Origin: Candidatus Poseidoniaceae archaeon
Lineage (GTDB): Archaea; Thermoplasmatota; Poseidoniia; Poseidoniales; Poseidoniaceae
NCBI GenBank assembly: GCA_965662895.1
Contig: CBFIJH010000004.1
Coordinates: 1 to 64,000, forward strand
DNA length: 64,000 nt
Direction of reading: 5' to 3'
The notes below the pieces were generated by a model. It had not been told where the DNA came from, searched no databases, and was given only the letters and a program-made list of their open reading frames with translations. This document shows positions 9,396-19,900 of the stretch, in pieces (position 1 is the stretch's first letter; every line of letters starts with the position of its first letter). Made by a program: the position numbers and the translations under genes.

Positions 9396-10433
9396 CTACA
9401 GGCCGTTGTAAGCAGCGATGGCGTTGTCGGTCTTTTCGACCGATTTCTTCCAGTCGTGTTCGATGCCCATCAATGCTCGAATCGCGTCAACATTCTCCGG
9501 AATAACATCCGATTCTTGATGAATTGCTTGGAAGTAATAGAGCGTATTGCCATCCAACTTTACCCCATCTTCCCAGACAAAGATCTCGTGCAAGTCCCCC
9601 CACTTTCGTCCAATATCTCGAGAGAATTCCATGACTTCAGCAGTCGTTGTAATGCCCGTTTCCGCACCGTTCATGATCAAGACTCGTGGTTGATTCGCCC
9701 ATAATTCCAGAACAGATTCCGTGGTCATCCCATGACCTTCGGGAAGGGTTGCAACAATAGCGTGGACGTGCATGATTGTGGTGGGGACTGCGACTGCAAG
9801 TGAATTGATGTTGATTTCAGGGCGAATCGTCATCACATCTGGACCATGATGACTTGGTACTTTCAACACGGGTTTGATTGCGTTGATGGGGCCCTTGCTT
9901 GAGTCACCTGGATCTGCTGCACGACGAATCATCGTGCATTCAACTGAAAGAGAACCACATGCATGAAGAAGCGGCACCAACGTGCGTGAGAGTCCGGTTG
10001 TGTTGCACGAAACGACTCGAGTTCCTTCCGCATTGATGTTCTCCGCATGATTCCCGCTTGAGGTGTACGAGAGTCCGGTCATGGCGTGTTTTTCACCGCC
10101 TTGGAAAATCCATTTCACCCCACTTTTTTGATAGATTTCTTTGTTTTGTGCACCGACCTTTCCAGGAGAGCAATCGACAACAACATCAGCAATTGAGAGA
10201 AGGTCGGACAATCCCCCTTTGCAATCGTAACCCGCCGGACCGAAAGCTGCTATTTTTTCTTGGGCATCGTACGTGCAGTAAAGCGGGTACCCTTTTCGTA
10301 CGGCGAGGTCGCAACCGAAAGACGGACGGGTCTTTGTGACACCAACAATTTCCATATCATCTTGAGCGTCAATCGCATCTGCGACACGCTTTCCAATTGT
10401 ACCATATCCGTTGATTGCAACCTTAACCACCAT
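9396..10433 (-). CDS. gap: Archaeal type II glyceraldehyde-3-phosphate dehydrogenase
   Basis: VAINGYGTIGKRVADA, catalytic VVSCNTTG, PSHHGPDV and AIHQESDVIPENVDAIRA. Start is at 10433 or 10442. Confidence 0.95.
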   Translation of the reverse strand: MVVKVAINGYGTIGKRVADAIDAQDDMEIVGVTKTRPSFGCDLAVRKGYPLYCTYDAQEKIAAFGPAGYDCKGGLSDLLSIADVVVDCSPGKVGAQNKEIYQKSGVKWIFQGGEKHAMTGLSYTSSGNHAENINAEGTRVVSCNTTGLSRTLVPLLHACGSLSVECTMIRRAADPGDSSKGPINAIKPVLKVPSHHGPDVMTIRPEININSLAVAVPTTIMHVHAIVATLPEGHGMTTESVLELWANQPRVLIMNGAETGITTTAEVMEFSRDIGRKWGDLHEIFVWEDGVKLDGNTLYYFQAIHQESDVIPENVDAIRALMGIEHDWKKSVEKTDNAIAAYNGL

Positions 10434-10560
10434 ACTGCTCATTTCTCTGGCACGGTTGAACATCCATAAACAGTTCGTGAGGAAACGATGGTGTCTGAAT
10501 TTAGGTTTTTCAATTGATGCAATAAGAGGGTATTTGACCGACGTAGGATACCGTTGAATC

Positions 10561-12138
10561 ATGGCGGAGTCAAAGAGTGTTTACGAGCGCTCGATGAGCA
10601 TTAACGCAAAATTCCTCCCACGTCTTCAAGCAGCCGTTGAACAAAATGCCTTGCTTCGTATCGGCTGGACCGGGTCTGGGGAAAAAGTGCCGAAAAACGG
10701 GGAGGTCGGACTTTGTCCTGCAATGCCTGAAGGTGCAAGAGTGCGTGCACTTGGCAAACTTGGATCGTGGACAAGTTCATTTGGAAACGGAGGTTCTTTT
10801 TCCATCGAAGGAGAAGCTGGAGCGTTCTTTGGCGCATACAACAACGGTAGCCGGCTTTCTGCCACTGGATACATCGGACGATGTTCTGGATTTATGATGC
10901 AAGAAGGTGTTCTTTCGAGCGATGATGGTGCAGGTGATGATCTTGGAATGTTCATGGATGATGGCTTTATTTTCGTCCGAGGAGATGTTGGTAAGCGTGT
11001 TGGGAATGGTATGACTGGCGGAACGATTGTCGTTCAAGGCAACGTCGAAAACAATGCCGGATGTGGAATGAAAGGCGGCATGATTGTCATCGATGGACGT
11101 TGCCCAACACCACCGCAAGGAACGAAACTCCGCCCACTAACCAAAACGGAATTGAGGAACATCAACGCGTCGCTTGACGATTTTGGCATCTCGCTTGGCG
11201 AGGATGCATTCTGCCTTGAGTCATCGGATGAAATCGAATTCCACATCGATGGTTCAAGCGTCTCATCTGGAGATTTGTCCAGTATCGCCATCACGCCAAT
11301 GGATGAGACGCCATTGATGGAACATCAAGACGTCGATACCGCTGCTCTTGTTCTTGGCACGGATGAAGAAGCATTGCCTGTTTTGCTCCCGATACCAATA
11401 CTACCGCACGTCCCAGACGGTGACCTTTTGCTTGGTGAAGCGAATTCATCTGGCCGCCTGTCGCATATTCAGGCACAACCCTTCCTCGTCGAAAACAATC
11501 CACGTCCGATTGACATCCTTCATCTCAACCTCGCCAGTATGTGCATGATGCCGCAATTTGCCGATTCTGTCGCAGGGGCTTGCATCGATTTTGACAGCCT
11601 TCCTTCGCTTAATGATGAGGAACTTGAGGGTCTCCTTGTTGTCTTACGTACGTTGATGAAAGAGGATTCACCAATCCTTGCCTCTCAAGCCATCTCGCGT
11701 ATTCAAGCCCTCCACAATCGCTCCGTCTACCATCACCTGCAAGTCGCCGTTTCAAGAATAGAAGATGGTACCGGTGTTCCTGAAGCTGCAACACTCCCAA
11801 TTCTAGGACGATCTGTCAAGAACAATCTCGAAAAATCAGAGACGCTAGCCGCCCTTGAATTTGGGTTCACATGCGATGCACATGACATTATTGTCGCACG
11901 ATGTGCAGGGGCACACTTCGTCATCACCCAACCCCCAGTTCTCGAACGAGAGGATATGGAATTTTGGCTCCAAGGTATCCACATTGATATGAAACAAACG
12001 CTCCGAAACTTGGGTCTTGATTCAATCGACCAAGTCAATCGAGCGCACTTGCGAGCCCTCGATTACGATACTGCCGCCATCAGTGGTTTGCGCATGGTCG
12101 GGTATGAACGACCGCTTCCCCATTGGTTTGCACGTTGA
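10561..12138 (+). CDS. GltB/FwdC-like GXGXG beta-helix domain fused to a degenerate glutamate-synthase FMN-barrel-like domain
   Basis: Repeats GxxMxGGxIxVxG in the N-half. The C-terminal LRNLGLDSIDQVNRAHLRALDYDTAAISGLRMVG resembles the end of archaeal GltB2-type proteins. Confidence 0.7.
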   Translation: MAESKSVYERSMSINAKFLPRLQAAVEQNALLRIGWTGSGEKVPKNGEVGLCPAMPEGARVRALGKLGSWTSSFGNGGSFSIEGEAGAFFGAYNNGSRLSATGYIGRCSGFMMQEGVLSSDDGAGDDLGMFMDDGFIFVRGDVGKRVGNGMTGGTIVVQGNVENNAGCGMKGGMIVIDGRCPTPPQGTKLRPLTKTELRNINASLDDFGISLGEDAFCLESSDEIEFHIDGSSVSSGDLSSIAITPMDETPLMEHQDVDTAALVLGTDEEALPVLLPIPILPHVPDGDLLLGEANSSGRLSHIQAQPFLVENNPRPIDILHLNLASMCMMPQFADSVAGACIDFDSLPSLNDEELEGLLVVLRTLMKEDSPILASQAISRIQALHNRSVYHHLQVAVSRIEDGTGVPEAATLPILGRSVKNNLEKSETLAALEFGFTCDAHDIIVARCAGAHFVITQPPVLEREDMEFWLQGIHIDMKQTLRNLGLDSIDQVNRAHLRALDYDTAAISGLRMVGYERPLPHWFAR

Positions 12139-12143
12139 GGTGA
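12137..12143 (+). promoter_or_regulatory. Shine-Dalgarno GAGGTGA for pheT
   Basis: GAGGTGA ends 4 nt before ATG 12148 and overlaps the upstream stop codon. Confidence 0.7.
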
Positions 12144-12147
12144 ACAT

Positions 12148-13893
12148 ATGCCAACAATTTCAGCCGATCAGAAACTCCTCGCCTCGCTTCTTTCGAAGCA
12201 CGGATGCACGCACGATGTTGCGGACATCGACCATCGCTTACCGTTGCTAGGAACCGACATCGACCGCTGTGATGATGAAGTACTGGACATCGAAATTTTC
12301 CCAAACCGCCCCGATTTGCTCAGTACAGAAACGCTGGGTTTAGCGATTCGAGGATTTCTTCATAACCAACCAACATTGACATCTGAATCACTCGAATCAA
12401 GTGGAATCTCTTTGACGGTTGAGCCCGAACTTGCTTCAATTCGTCCAGTTATTCTCGGAGCTGTTGTGAAAGGACTGAACATGGCTGATGATACAGATAT
12501 GGATGCCTTCATCAAGCAGCTTATGGACCACCAAGAGAAACTCCACTTCGCACTTGGCAGAGGGCGCCGAAGAGCGAGTATTGGAGTTCATGACTTGGCC
12601 ACACTCCATCCACCATTCAGCGTCAAAGCCGTGGAACGTACCCATTCGTTCACTCCTCTGGCAAAGGATCAACCAATGACCATCGAGGCAATTCTGACTT
12701 CGCATCCAAAAGGAGTGGACTATGCCCACCTCTTGGAAGGAATGGAAAAGGTTCCAATTATTGAGGATTCCAAAGGATCCGTTCTCTCGTTCCCACCCAT
12801 CATCAATGGCGATCACACCACCGTGACTTCGTCAACACGTGATTTGTTCATCGATGTTACAGGTTGGGACCGTCGAGCATGTGAATCATGTCTTATGTTG
12901 ATTGCACTCCAAGCAAAAGAGCGTGGTGGAACCGTACAATCCATTCACATTACGGATTGTAACGGTCAAGAAGAAATTCTCCCTCTTTGGAAACCGGTCC
13001 ATCACAGAGTTCCTGCCAGACTGGTGTCCACAATATTGGGCAGAGAACTCAGCGATGAAGAATTGAAGAAATCAATCACTCGAATGGGCGGTGCTTACAC
13101 AGGCCGCTCTCCTGCAAACGACGATGAAATTGGACCGGACCACTCCATGCAATTCGCCAAGGAAGGAGAAGACATGCTCGGTTTTGACATGCCACGTTGG
13201 CGGTTTGACCTTCTGCACCCAGTCGATATCGTTGAGGACTTAGCCATTGGACACGGGTACGAAGATCTTGGAGTCGATGTCCCAAAGGCTCCAATGAACG
13301 CCATTCCTCGTTCCGATGATCATTTACGGAGAAGAATTCGAACCTCGATGCAGGGCATGGGTTTTATGCAAATTCAATCGTTGACACTGTCCAATGATGA
13401 GGACCAATTTTCAAGAATGCGTTGGAAGCCATTCAACGCGATCACGAGAATCACCAATCCGATAACAATTGAACATACGATGATGCGGCATTTCCTCTTA
13501 CCAGGTCTACTTCGCTTGCTTGCAACGAACCGTCATCACGATCTGCCACAGTCTGTGTACGAACTCGGAACGGTGGTTCGTGATCACAAAAATATGGACC
13601 GATTAGCATTCCTAACTGCGGAACGAGCCGGAGGTTTTGCTGCTATCCGTGGGCGAATTCAGGCATTCTTACGTGATATTGGTGCTGAAAACATCGTCAT
13701 TGAACAACTTCCAGCAAACGAAGGACCGTGGCTTGCAGGACGTGCCGCACGCATCTTGTTGGATGGAGAATGGGTCGGATGCTTCGGTGAAATCGACCCT
13801 GCAATCTCGCAGTCGTTCGAACTTCTTGTTCCACTCAACGGTGCTGAATTTGATGTTGAAGCACTAAAGCATGCGGTAACCGATCCAGTTTGA
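12148..13893 (+). CDS. pheT: Phenylalanine--tRNA ligase beta subunit (archaeal type)
   Basis: PNRPDLLS, QEKLH...GRGRRRASIGVHD, SFPPIING and RFDLLHPVDIVEDLAIGHGY motifs. Confidence 0.95.
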   Translation: MPTISADQKLLASLLSKHGCTHDVADIDHRLPLLGTDIDRCDDEVLDIEIFPNRPDLLSTETLGLAIRGFLHNQPTLTSESLESSGISLTVEPELASIRPVILGAVVKGLNMADDTDMDAFIKQLMDHQEKLHFALGRGRRRASIGVHDLATLHPPFSVKAVERTHSFTPLAKDQPMTIEAILTSHPKGVDYAHLLEGMEKVPIIEDSKGSVLSFPPIINGDHTTVTSSTRDLFIDVTGWDRRACESCLMLIALQAKERGGTVQSIHITDCNGQEEILPLWKPVHHRVPARLVSTILGRELSDEELKKSITRMGGAYTGRSPANDDEIGPDHSMQFAKEGEDMLGFDMPRWRFDLLHPVDIVEDLAIGHGYEDLGVDVPKAPMNAIPRSDDHLRRRIRTSMQGMGFMQIQSLTLSNDEDQFSRMRWKPFNAITRITNPITIEHTMMRHFLLPGLLRLLATNRHHDLPQSVYELGTVVRDHKNMDRLAFLTAERAGGFAAIRGRIQAFLRDIGAENIVIEQLPANEGPWLAGRAARILLDGEWVGCFGEIDPAISQSFELLVPLNGAEFDVEALKHAVTDPV

Positions 13894-13901
13894 TGAACAG
13901 T

Positions 13902-14534
13902 ATGTGCGGACGATTCACATTCAATGGAGAGCAATGGCCAGAACTTGTGGCTTCAATTGACTGGCCAGAAGTCGAACCAAACTACAACATATCACCACAA
14001 ACAGAAACACAAGTCATTCATTACAATTCAGGCCAACCAGTGATTTCCAACATGCGATGGGGATTGCGCCCGAGTTGGAGTCAAAAAAGTACAATGGAGC
14101 CAATCAACGCTCGAATCGAGACTGTTGACAGAAAGCCAATGTTTCGAGAAGGTTACAACCAACGTCGTTGTATCATTCCAGCCAACGGTTGGTACGAATG
14201 GAAAACCACACCACGAGGAAAAGTTCCATTTTACCATCGATTGAAGGACGATACATTGGCCCTCATGGCAGGGATCTATGCGCATTGGTCCGATGGAAAG
14301 AATTCGGTCGATTCGTTTTGTATCCTCACCAAAGATGCACGACCGGAGATCGCCCACATCCACAACCGAATGCCCGTGCTTGTTGATGCAGATGCAAGCG
14401 ATTTGTGGCTTGGCGAAAAGGTGCTTTCAGAGATATCATCTCCAATCGAGGTGTATCCGGTTGGACGTGAGGTCAATGCAACTTCTGCTCAAGGAAAATC
14501 ACTCATTCAACCGTTGCGAACATTGTTTGATTAA
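13902..14534 (+). CDS. SRAP/HMCES (YedK) abasic-site processing protein
   Basis: MCGRF N-terminus (catalytic Cys2), NARIET, RRCIIPANGWYEW and HIHNRMP. The real start is ATG 13902. Confidence 0.9.
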   Translation: MCGRFTFNGEQWPELVASIDWPEVEPNYNISPQTETQVIHYNSGQPVISNMRWGLRPSWSQKSTMEPINARIETVDRKPMFREGYNQRRCIIPANGWYEWKTTPRGKVPFYHRLKDDTLALMAGIYAHWSDGKNSVDSFCILTKDARPEIAHIHNRMPVLVDADASDLWLGEKVLSEISSPIEVYPVGREVNATSAQGKSLIQPLRTLFD

Positions 14535-14913
14535 GCGTATGCTGTGTACGTCCATCATCGTTTTTGAGATAGGGTGTTGGATCAAATTGTCCATCTGATT
14601 TTTTCTTGTAATGGTAACCATCGGTGTGGTGCACCCACTCATAGTCTTCGCTTGGTGAGGGTGAAGTTTCCAGTGGTGCTTCGGAAACGCCATCGTAGTC
14701 TTCTGCAACGTTGCTTGATACTGCAACAATTGTATCTCCCCCACCAAACAGTGCAAGCGCATCATTGTAGGCATCCTCATCACGCTGAATTGTTGTGCTG
14801 TGCTTGTCAGAATGAACGTCTTGACCTTTACGATAAACAATGGGTTCGGGGGCCGATTCCACGACTGTCTCCTCTGATTGCTTTGAACGCTTGAAGGGCC
14901 AGAACGGGGGCAT
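14503..14913 (-). CDS. Hypothetical acidic protein with aromatic C-terminal mini-domain
   Basis: MPPFWPFKR start, acidic linker and YEWVHHTDGYHYKKKSDGQFDPTPY. Fills the gap between two + strand genes. Confidence 0.6.
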   Translation of the reverse strand: MPPFWPFKRSKQSEETVVESAPEPIVYRKGQDVHSDKHSTTIQRDEDAYNDALALFGGGDTIVAVSSNVAEDYDGVSEAPLETSPSPSEDYEWVHHTDGYHYKKKSDGQFDPTPYLKNDDGRTQHTLNQTMFATVE

Positions 14914-15005
14914 ACCACATCCTCGTCCCTCCGATTGATAGGTGTTTTGAAGGCGTTGAATCGAAACGCCGTTTGCTTCAAATCCAAAGAGCAAGTAGCG
15001 TTGCT

Positions 15006-17432
15006 ATGTTGAACAGGAAAGCAGTCGTTTTGCTTTCCGTTCTTCTGATCATGCCTTGCTCTGTCTCAGCAGAATCTTCAACGATGACACTTACTCCTGC
15101 GAATCAATACATCGCTTATCCTGGCCAAACTGTTCAACACCAAATCGACGTAACCTTTACGGGAAATTCAGGTACGACATTGAAACTTCAACTTCAGTCG
15201 CAATTTTTAGCAGATATGACTGGAAATGGACAAGAACTGGTCTTTGAAAACGGTGAGAACAAACAATTTCTGTGGACCGTAACATTACCTCCATCGACAA
15301 GCTATGGAACCGATACAATCAATGTGACAATTATCGATACGTCGGATCAATCCTCACAAAGCGTGGATGTTGTCATGAAAATTACAGAACCTTCGAATCT
15401 TCAATTTGGAAACTCGCAAAGTTCAACGTTTGTCGTCTACCCAGGTATCCAAACAAACGTAGCAACGAACATCACCAGCAACTCAACATTGACGGATGAC
15501 GTATCGTTTACGCTTGAAACGGACTCTGAATGGGATTGGGGTTGGTCGATGACTGAGGTTGTCGGAATGGAGTCTCGATTGGAATTGAACCCAGATTCTA
15601 TGGATTTTGTACGGCTCTGGATCAATGTTCCAGAAGTCATCGATGGAGCTCCACTAGCCAACCAAGGACCGACGTTTCGACTGATTGGTACATCGGGTCT
15701 TGATGGTGTGAAAATTGCATGGGATTTCACCCTTGAAGTGAGCGCATTCCGTAATGCGAGCATCGATCTGGTCCAGTCTGACGTGGTTGTCGACCCTTCA
15801 GGAAGTGCCCGTGTCGATGTTCAAGTGCGAAACACAGGCAATGTACCGGATACACTCGCAATTACGCTTGGAAATGTTCAAATTGACTCCGTTGATTCCG
15901 GTCAGGAAAATTCTGACCGAATCACATCGGAAGGTTGGACAGTAGCATTGTTCAATGCCTTCGAGGATGTCTTCCTAAATCCAAATGAGACTCGAACCGT
16001 TGAGATTGGAGTCCAAGCTCCGCCAAAAACCACGGGTACAATTTCTGTTGACCTTATTCTCCATCCAACCAACCTTCCGCTCCGTACGGTTCGTGAAACT
16101 GCAACAGTCAACATATCTTGGATTCGAGATTTCAACCATAACTTGGAACCCGTTGATTGCACATACCTCCAACCGAATTCGACGTGTACAGGAAAAATCA
16201 ACATTCAGAACATTGGTAATTTTGTTGACGCAGTCGTTGTTCAAGACATCGCAGCCCCTAATTTCGTTACAGATGTTGAATTTCAAAGCGAACCATTCTC
16301 ACTTGAACGTTTCAACACAGATACGTTTCATGCAATCCGGTTTCAAATTGCCAGCAACGCAACTGCCTACCAACAAGGACCTGTTGAGTTCAACCTCAAA
16401 TTGAGCGGCGGTGAGGTTTTGCAGCGTTATTCCATTGATGTCATTGTTGGCCCCAATGTGGCGTGGTCCTTCCTTGAGGGAGCAAGTGAAGTTGATTCAC
16501 GAGACGTTGTGAGTTTTGCTGTACAACTCCGAAATGATGGAAACTTGGAGGATGGATTAATTGTGCAATTGCAATCATCTCACTCCACTGAGATGGGCTT
16601 TTCTCCCCCTGAAGGTGCAATCATTGAAGGAGATTCAACCAAACCACGAACCTTTGAGTTAGCGAACTTAGAACGTGGCGCAAATTTCACGTTACGCGGA
16701 ACTGCTGACCTCCCCTCGGACCAAGTGCCGAATGGAACGCTCAGACTCGATATTGTTGTACGGTCCATCTTCGATCCTCAGACGGAATTCGTTTATTCCA
16801 TAAATGAAGAATTCCTCGGAAAGGACTGGAAAAGTGAACAAGATCCTGAACGATACTCAATTTCAGAATTCTTTGAGGATGTGACGCTCATCCTGAAAGG
16901 GTGGTGGCTGGTTCTTGCAAGCATCGCTGTGGCTGCATTGATTCTTAACAAAGCAGTTCGAGATCGCCTCGAGCGAAAAGAACAGGAGGATTTGCTCAAA
17001 CAAATACACGAAAAGCCAGAGGAAACGGAAGAGGATTGGCAGGCAAAATTCCACAGGCCCTCGACGCAGAAACCAACCATCGCTGAAAGCCCAGCAATAC
17101 CAGCGGATGCATTTACCAAAGCCTTCCAAGCTCAATCAACACCTTCTGCACCTGCATTGGAGCCATTAGCGGAACCAATTCGAAGTGCAGCAACCACGGT
17201 TCTTGATCATCATGACATTTCAGCCCAAAAGGCCAAAATGGATCAAATCGCTGTAGAAATTGTTGAACAGGGCACAATTCAACCCCATTCGGCAAATGAA
17301 AACTTGAAACCGATGGGTGCCGTGACTGAACGTACTGTTCGCCATGACAATCCAAATCTCAACCCGTTGAGTGATGCAAGCGAACATGTACCGCTTACAC
17401 TGAAAAAGAACGAAGAAGAATTTGACTTGTGA
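15006..17432 (+). CDS. Secreted/membrane-anchored protein with Ig-like (NEW3/CARDB-like) repeats
   Basis: Signal peptide, repeated NxGN beta-sandwich motifs, TM helix GWWLVLASIAVAALIL and a long cytoplasmic tail ending EEEFDL. Confidence 0.75.
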   Translation: MLNRKAVVLLSVLLIMPCSVSAESSTMTLTPANQYIAYPGQTVQHQIDVTFTGNSGTTLKLQLQSQFLADMTGNGQELVFENGENKQFLWTVTLPPSTSYGTDTINVTIIDTSDQSSQSVDVVMKITEPSNLQFGNSQSSTFVVYPGIQTNVATNITSNSTLTDDVSFTLETDSEWDWGWSMTEVVGMESRLELNPDSMDFVRLWINVPEVIDGAPLANQGPTFRLIGTSGLDGVKIAWDFTLEVSAFRNASIDLVQSDVVVDPSGSARVDVQVRNTGNVPDTLAITLGNVQIDSVDSGQENSDRITSEGWTVALFNAFEDVFLNPNETRTVEIGVQAPPKTTGTISVDLILHPTNLPLRTVRETATVNISWIRDFNHNLEPVDCTYLQPNSTCTGKINIQNIGNFVDAVVVQDIAAPNFVTDVEFQSEPFSLERFNTDTFHAIRFQIASNATAYQQGPVEFNLKLSGGEVLQRYSIDVIVGPNVAWSFLEGASEVDSRDVVSFAVQLRNDGNLEDGLIVQLQSSHSTEMGFSPPEGAIIEGDSTKPRTFELANLERGANFTLRGTADLPSDQVPNGTLRLDIVVRSIFDPQTEFVYSINEEFLGKDWKSEQDPERYSISEFFEDVTLILKGWWLVLASIAVAALILNKAVRDRLERKEQEDLLKQIHEKPEETEEDWQAKFHRPSTQKPTIAESPAIPADAFTKAFQAQSTPSAPALEPLAEPIRSAATTVLDHHDISAQKAKMDQIAVEIVEQGTIQPHSANENLKPMGAVTERTVRHDNPNLNPLSDASEHVPLTLKKNEEEFDL

Positions 17433-18160
17433 GTGAGAACATGCAAATTGTTGGAATTGATGAAGCAGGCCGCGGACCGGTAATCGGCCCCCTGGTCGTT
17501 GGGCTTTTGTCGATTCCAAGTGCCGATGAATTCCTGTTGGAGGAAAGGGACATTTCTGATTCAAAACATCATTCTGCCAAAAAACGTGATGAACAATACG
17601 AATGGATTCTCCAACAATCTGAACAACGGAATTGGTATGTTGACACCATCATCTGCCCGCCGAAAAAAATCGATAATGCAGTTGATGGAGAAGGGCTCAA
17701 TCTGCTTGAAGTCGATCTGTTTGCTGCTCTATTAAATCGACATGATTCATGTTTTTCCGAACCATGCTCCATATTGATGGATGCGTGTGACGTCAACGAA
17801 CAGCGGTTCACGAATCGGATAACAGAGCGATTAGCTGATTGGCCAAGAAGCGATTCAACAATACGTTCAGAACACAAAGCGGACGCCAACCACCGCATTG
17901 TGGGGGGTGCATCAATTGTTGCAAAAGTGGTTCGAGATCGCGTCATGAAGGAATTGAAAGATGATTTGGGCTTCGAAATTGGAAGTGGTTATCCATCCGA
18001 TGCGAAGACAATTTCTGCATTACCGAAACTCATTGGACCTGAAGGAATTCATCAAGAATTACGATGGTCATGGGCAACCGTTGAGCGATACTGGAACCAA
18101 AACTTTCCGAATCCTCTTCCAAAACGCCCTCCCTCAGGAAGGACATTGTTTTCGATGTAA
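17429..18160 (+). CDS. rnhB: Ribonuclease HII
   Basis: GIDEAGRGPVIGPLVV, DSK, DACD, HKAD, ASIVAKVVRD and GSGYPSD motifs. Confidence 0.95.
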   Translation: MSENMQIVGIDEAGRGPVIGPLVVGLLSIPSADEFLLEERDISDSKHHSAKKRDEQYEWILQQSEQRNWYVDTIICPPKKIDNAVDGEGLNLLEVDLFAALLNRHDSCFSEPCSILMDACDVNEQRFTNRITERLADWPRSDSTIRSEHKADANHRIVGGASIVAKVVRDRVMKELKDDLGFEIGSGYPSDAKTISALPKLIGPEGIHQELRWSWATVERYWNQNFPNPLPKRPPSGRTLFSM

Positions 18161-18202
18161 AACAAGCACTGTATTCATCAATTATCACTCTCAGGATTGG
18201 AC

Positions 18203-19900
18203 ATGGCCTGGACTCCTGATGAGGATACTCAGCAACTAATCTGGCACCTTGCATTGCAGAATGCCTTCGAATACGAAGGAAAAGGAGCCGTTGGTTCAGT
18301 TATTGGAAGAATCATGAGTACTCGCGCCGATCTTCGACAGTTTGGCGGCCAAATCAGTCCAATCGTTGCTCAATCTGTTCAAAAAGCGAACGCTCTTGCT
18401 CAAGAAAAGGGTCTTGAACACATCGAATCGATTCTTAATGCAGAAGCTCCACAACTTCTCGAAGGCCGACAAAAGCAAGAGAGAAGAGAAGGGTTACCTG
18501 AACTCAAAAATGTTGACGGAATGAAACCAGTGTTCCGATTTGCTCCGAATCCAAACGGACCGCTTTCGTTTGGTCATGCACGAGGGATTGTCATCAATGG
18601 AACCTATTCAAAAGAACATGAGGGGACACTTATCCTCCGATTTGATGATACCGATACCACCGTCAAGCCACCAGAATTGTCTGCCTATGATTTGATTCCT
18701 GATGAAGTTGAATGGCTTCTTGGTCGCCCGGCAGACCGAATTGTTGTTGCGAGTGATCGTATCCCGGAATACTATCAGCATGCAGAAAAAATGCTGAATG
18801 AAGCGTTTGGTTATGTCTGCAAATGTTCGGCTGAGGCATTTCGTGAATTCCGTGAATCGAAATCAAACTGTCCATGTCGCAACAAATCCGTTGAAGAAAA
18901 CATTCTGGATTGGAACAAAATGTTGGATGGAACCTACAAGCCCGGCGATGCGGTTGTTCGTGTCAAGACGGATATGACCTTGAAGAATCCAGCACTTCGT
19001 GATTGGCCAGCACTACGAATGCAAGATACAGAAACAAATCCTCATCCAAGACCAAACATCGGTTCAAAATACAAAGTTTGGCCGTTGCTAGATTTCCAGA
19101 GCGCTGTCGAAGATCATCTGCAAGGCGTTACGCACATCATTCGTGGAAAAGATCTCATGGATTCAACCCGCAAACAAACGCTCCTCTACGAACACTTTGG
19201 GTGGACATATCCAGAAACAATCTATTGGGGACGCGTCAAAGTTCACGAATGGGGTGGATTCTCGACGTCAAAGATGAGGGCATCAATCGAAAGTGGGGAA
19301 TACAGTGGTTGGGATGATCCACGTCTGCCAACAATCCAAGGTCTCCAGTCTCGTGGTATTCAAGCAGAAGCCCTACGGAACTTCTGGATTGAACTTGGCG
19401 TAACCCAAAAGGACATTTCAGTTCCACTCGCAACCTTATTCGCCCACAACACAAAGAAAATCGACGATGAGGCGCCTCGACTGTCGTTCATTCGTAATCC
19501 TGTAGAGGTGAGCCTCAAAGGCAAGATCCCAGAAAACGTCGAACTGCCGGTTCATCCCAATCACGAGGACAAGGGCAAACGTACTGTTTCCCTAAATCCA
19601 CCATCGGTGTTCATTGAATCAGAGGATGCAAAAGGATTGTACAGGCTTAAGGAATTTGCAGACATTGGCCAGGATGGTCATATCGAATCAATTGAACGTT
19701 CTGACAAGCGGCCGATTATTCACTGGGCTTCTACCTCAACATCGAAGGATGCAACCCTGATGATTCCGCATCAAGATGAAATTCAACACATCGCAGGACG
19801 AATCGAATCCAACGATTATCCAGTGGGAACTATTGTCCAACTCGAACGAATCGGATACGCAATCAAAATCGAGAACGGTTATTTGTTAATGCATGAGTAG
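18203..19900 (+). CDS. gltX: Glutamate--tRNA ligase (archaeal)
   Basis: RFAPNPNGPLSFGHARG (HIGH-like), LRFDDTD, THIIRGKD, FSTSKM and GWDDPRLPT. Confidence 0.95.
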   Translation: MAWTPDEDTQQLIWHLALQNAFEYEGKGAVGSVIGRIMSTRADLRQFGGQISPIVAQSVQKANALAQEKGLEHIESILNAEAPQLLEGRQKQERREGLPELKNVDGMKPVFRFAPNPNGPLSFGHARGIVINGTYSKEHEGTLILRFDDTDTTVKPPELSAYDLIPDEVEWLLGRPADRIVVASDRIPEYYQHAEKMLNEAFGYVCKCSAEAFREFRESKSNCPCRNKSVEENILDWNKMLDGTYKPGDAVVRVKTDMTLKNPALRDWPALRMQDTETNPHPRPNIGSKYKVWPLLDFQSAVEDHLQGVTHIIRGKDLMDSTRKQTLLYEHFGWTYPETIYWGRVKVHEWGGFSTSKMRASIESGEYSGWDDPRLPTIQGLQSRGIQAEALRNFWIELGVTQKDISVPLATLFAHNTKKIDDEAPRLSFIRNPVEVSLKGKIPENVELPVHPNHEDKGKRTVSLNPPSVFIESEDAKGLYRLKEFADIGQDGHIESIERSDKRPIIHWASTSTSKDATLMIPHQDEIQHIAGRIESNDYPVGTIVQLERIGYAIKIENGYLLMHE

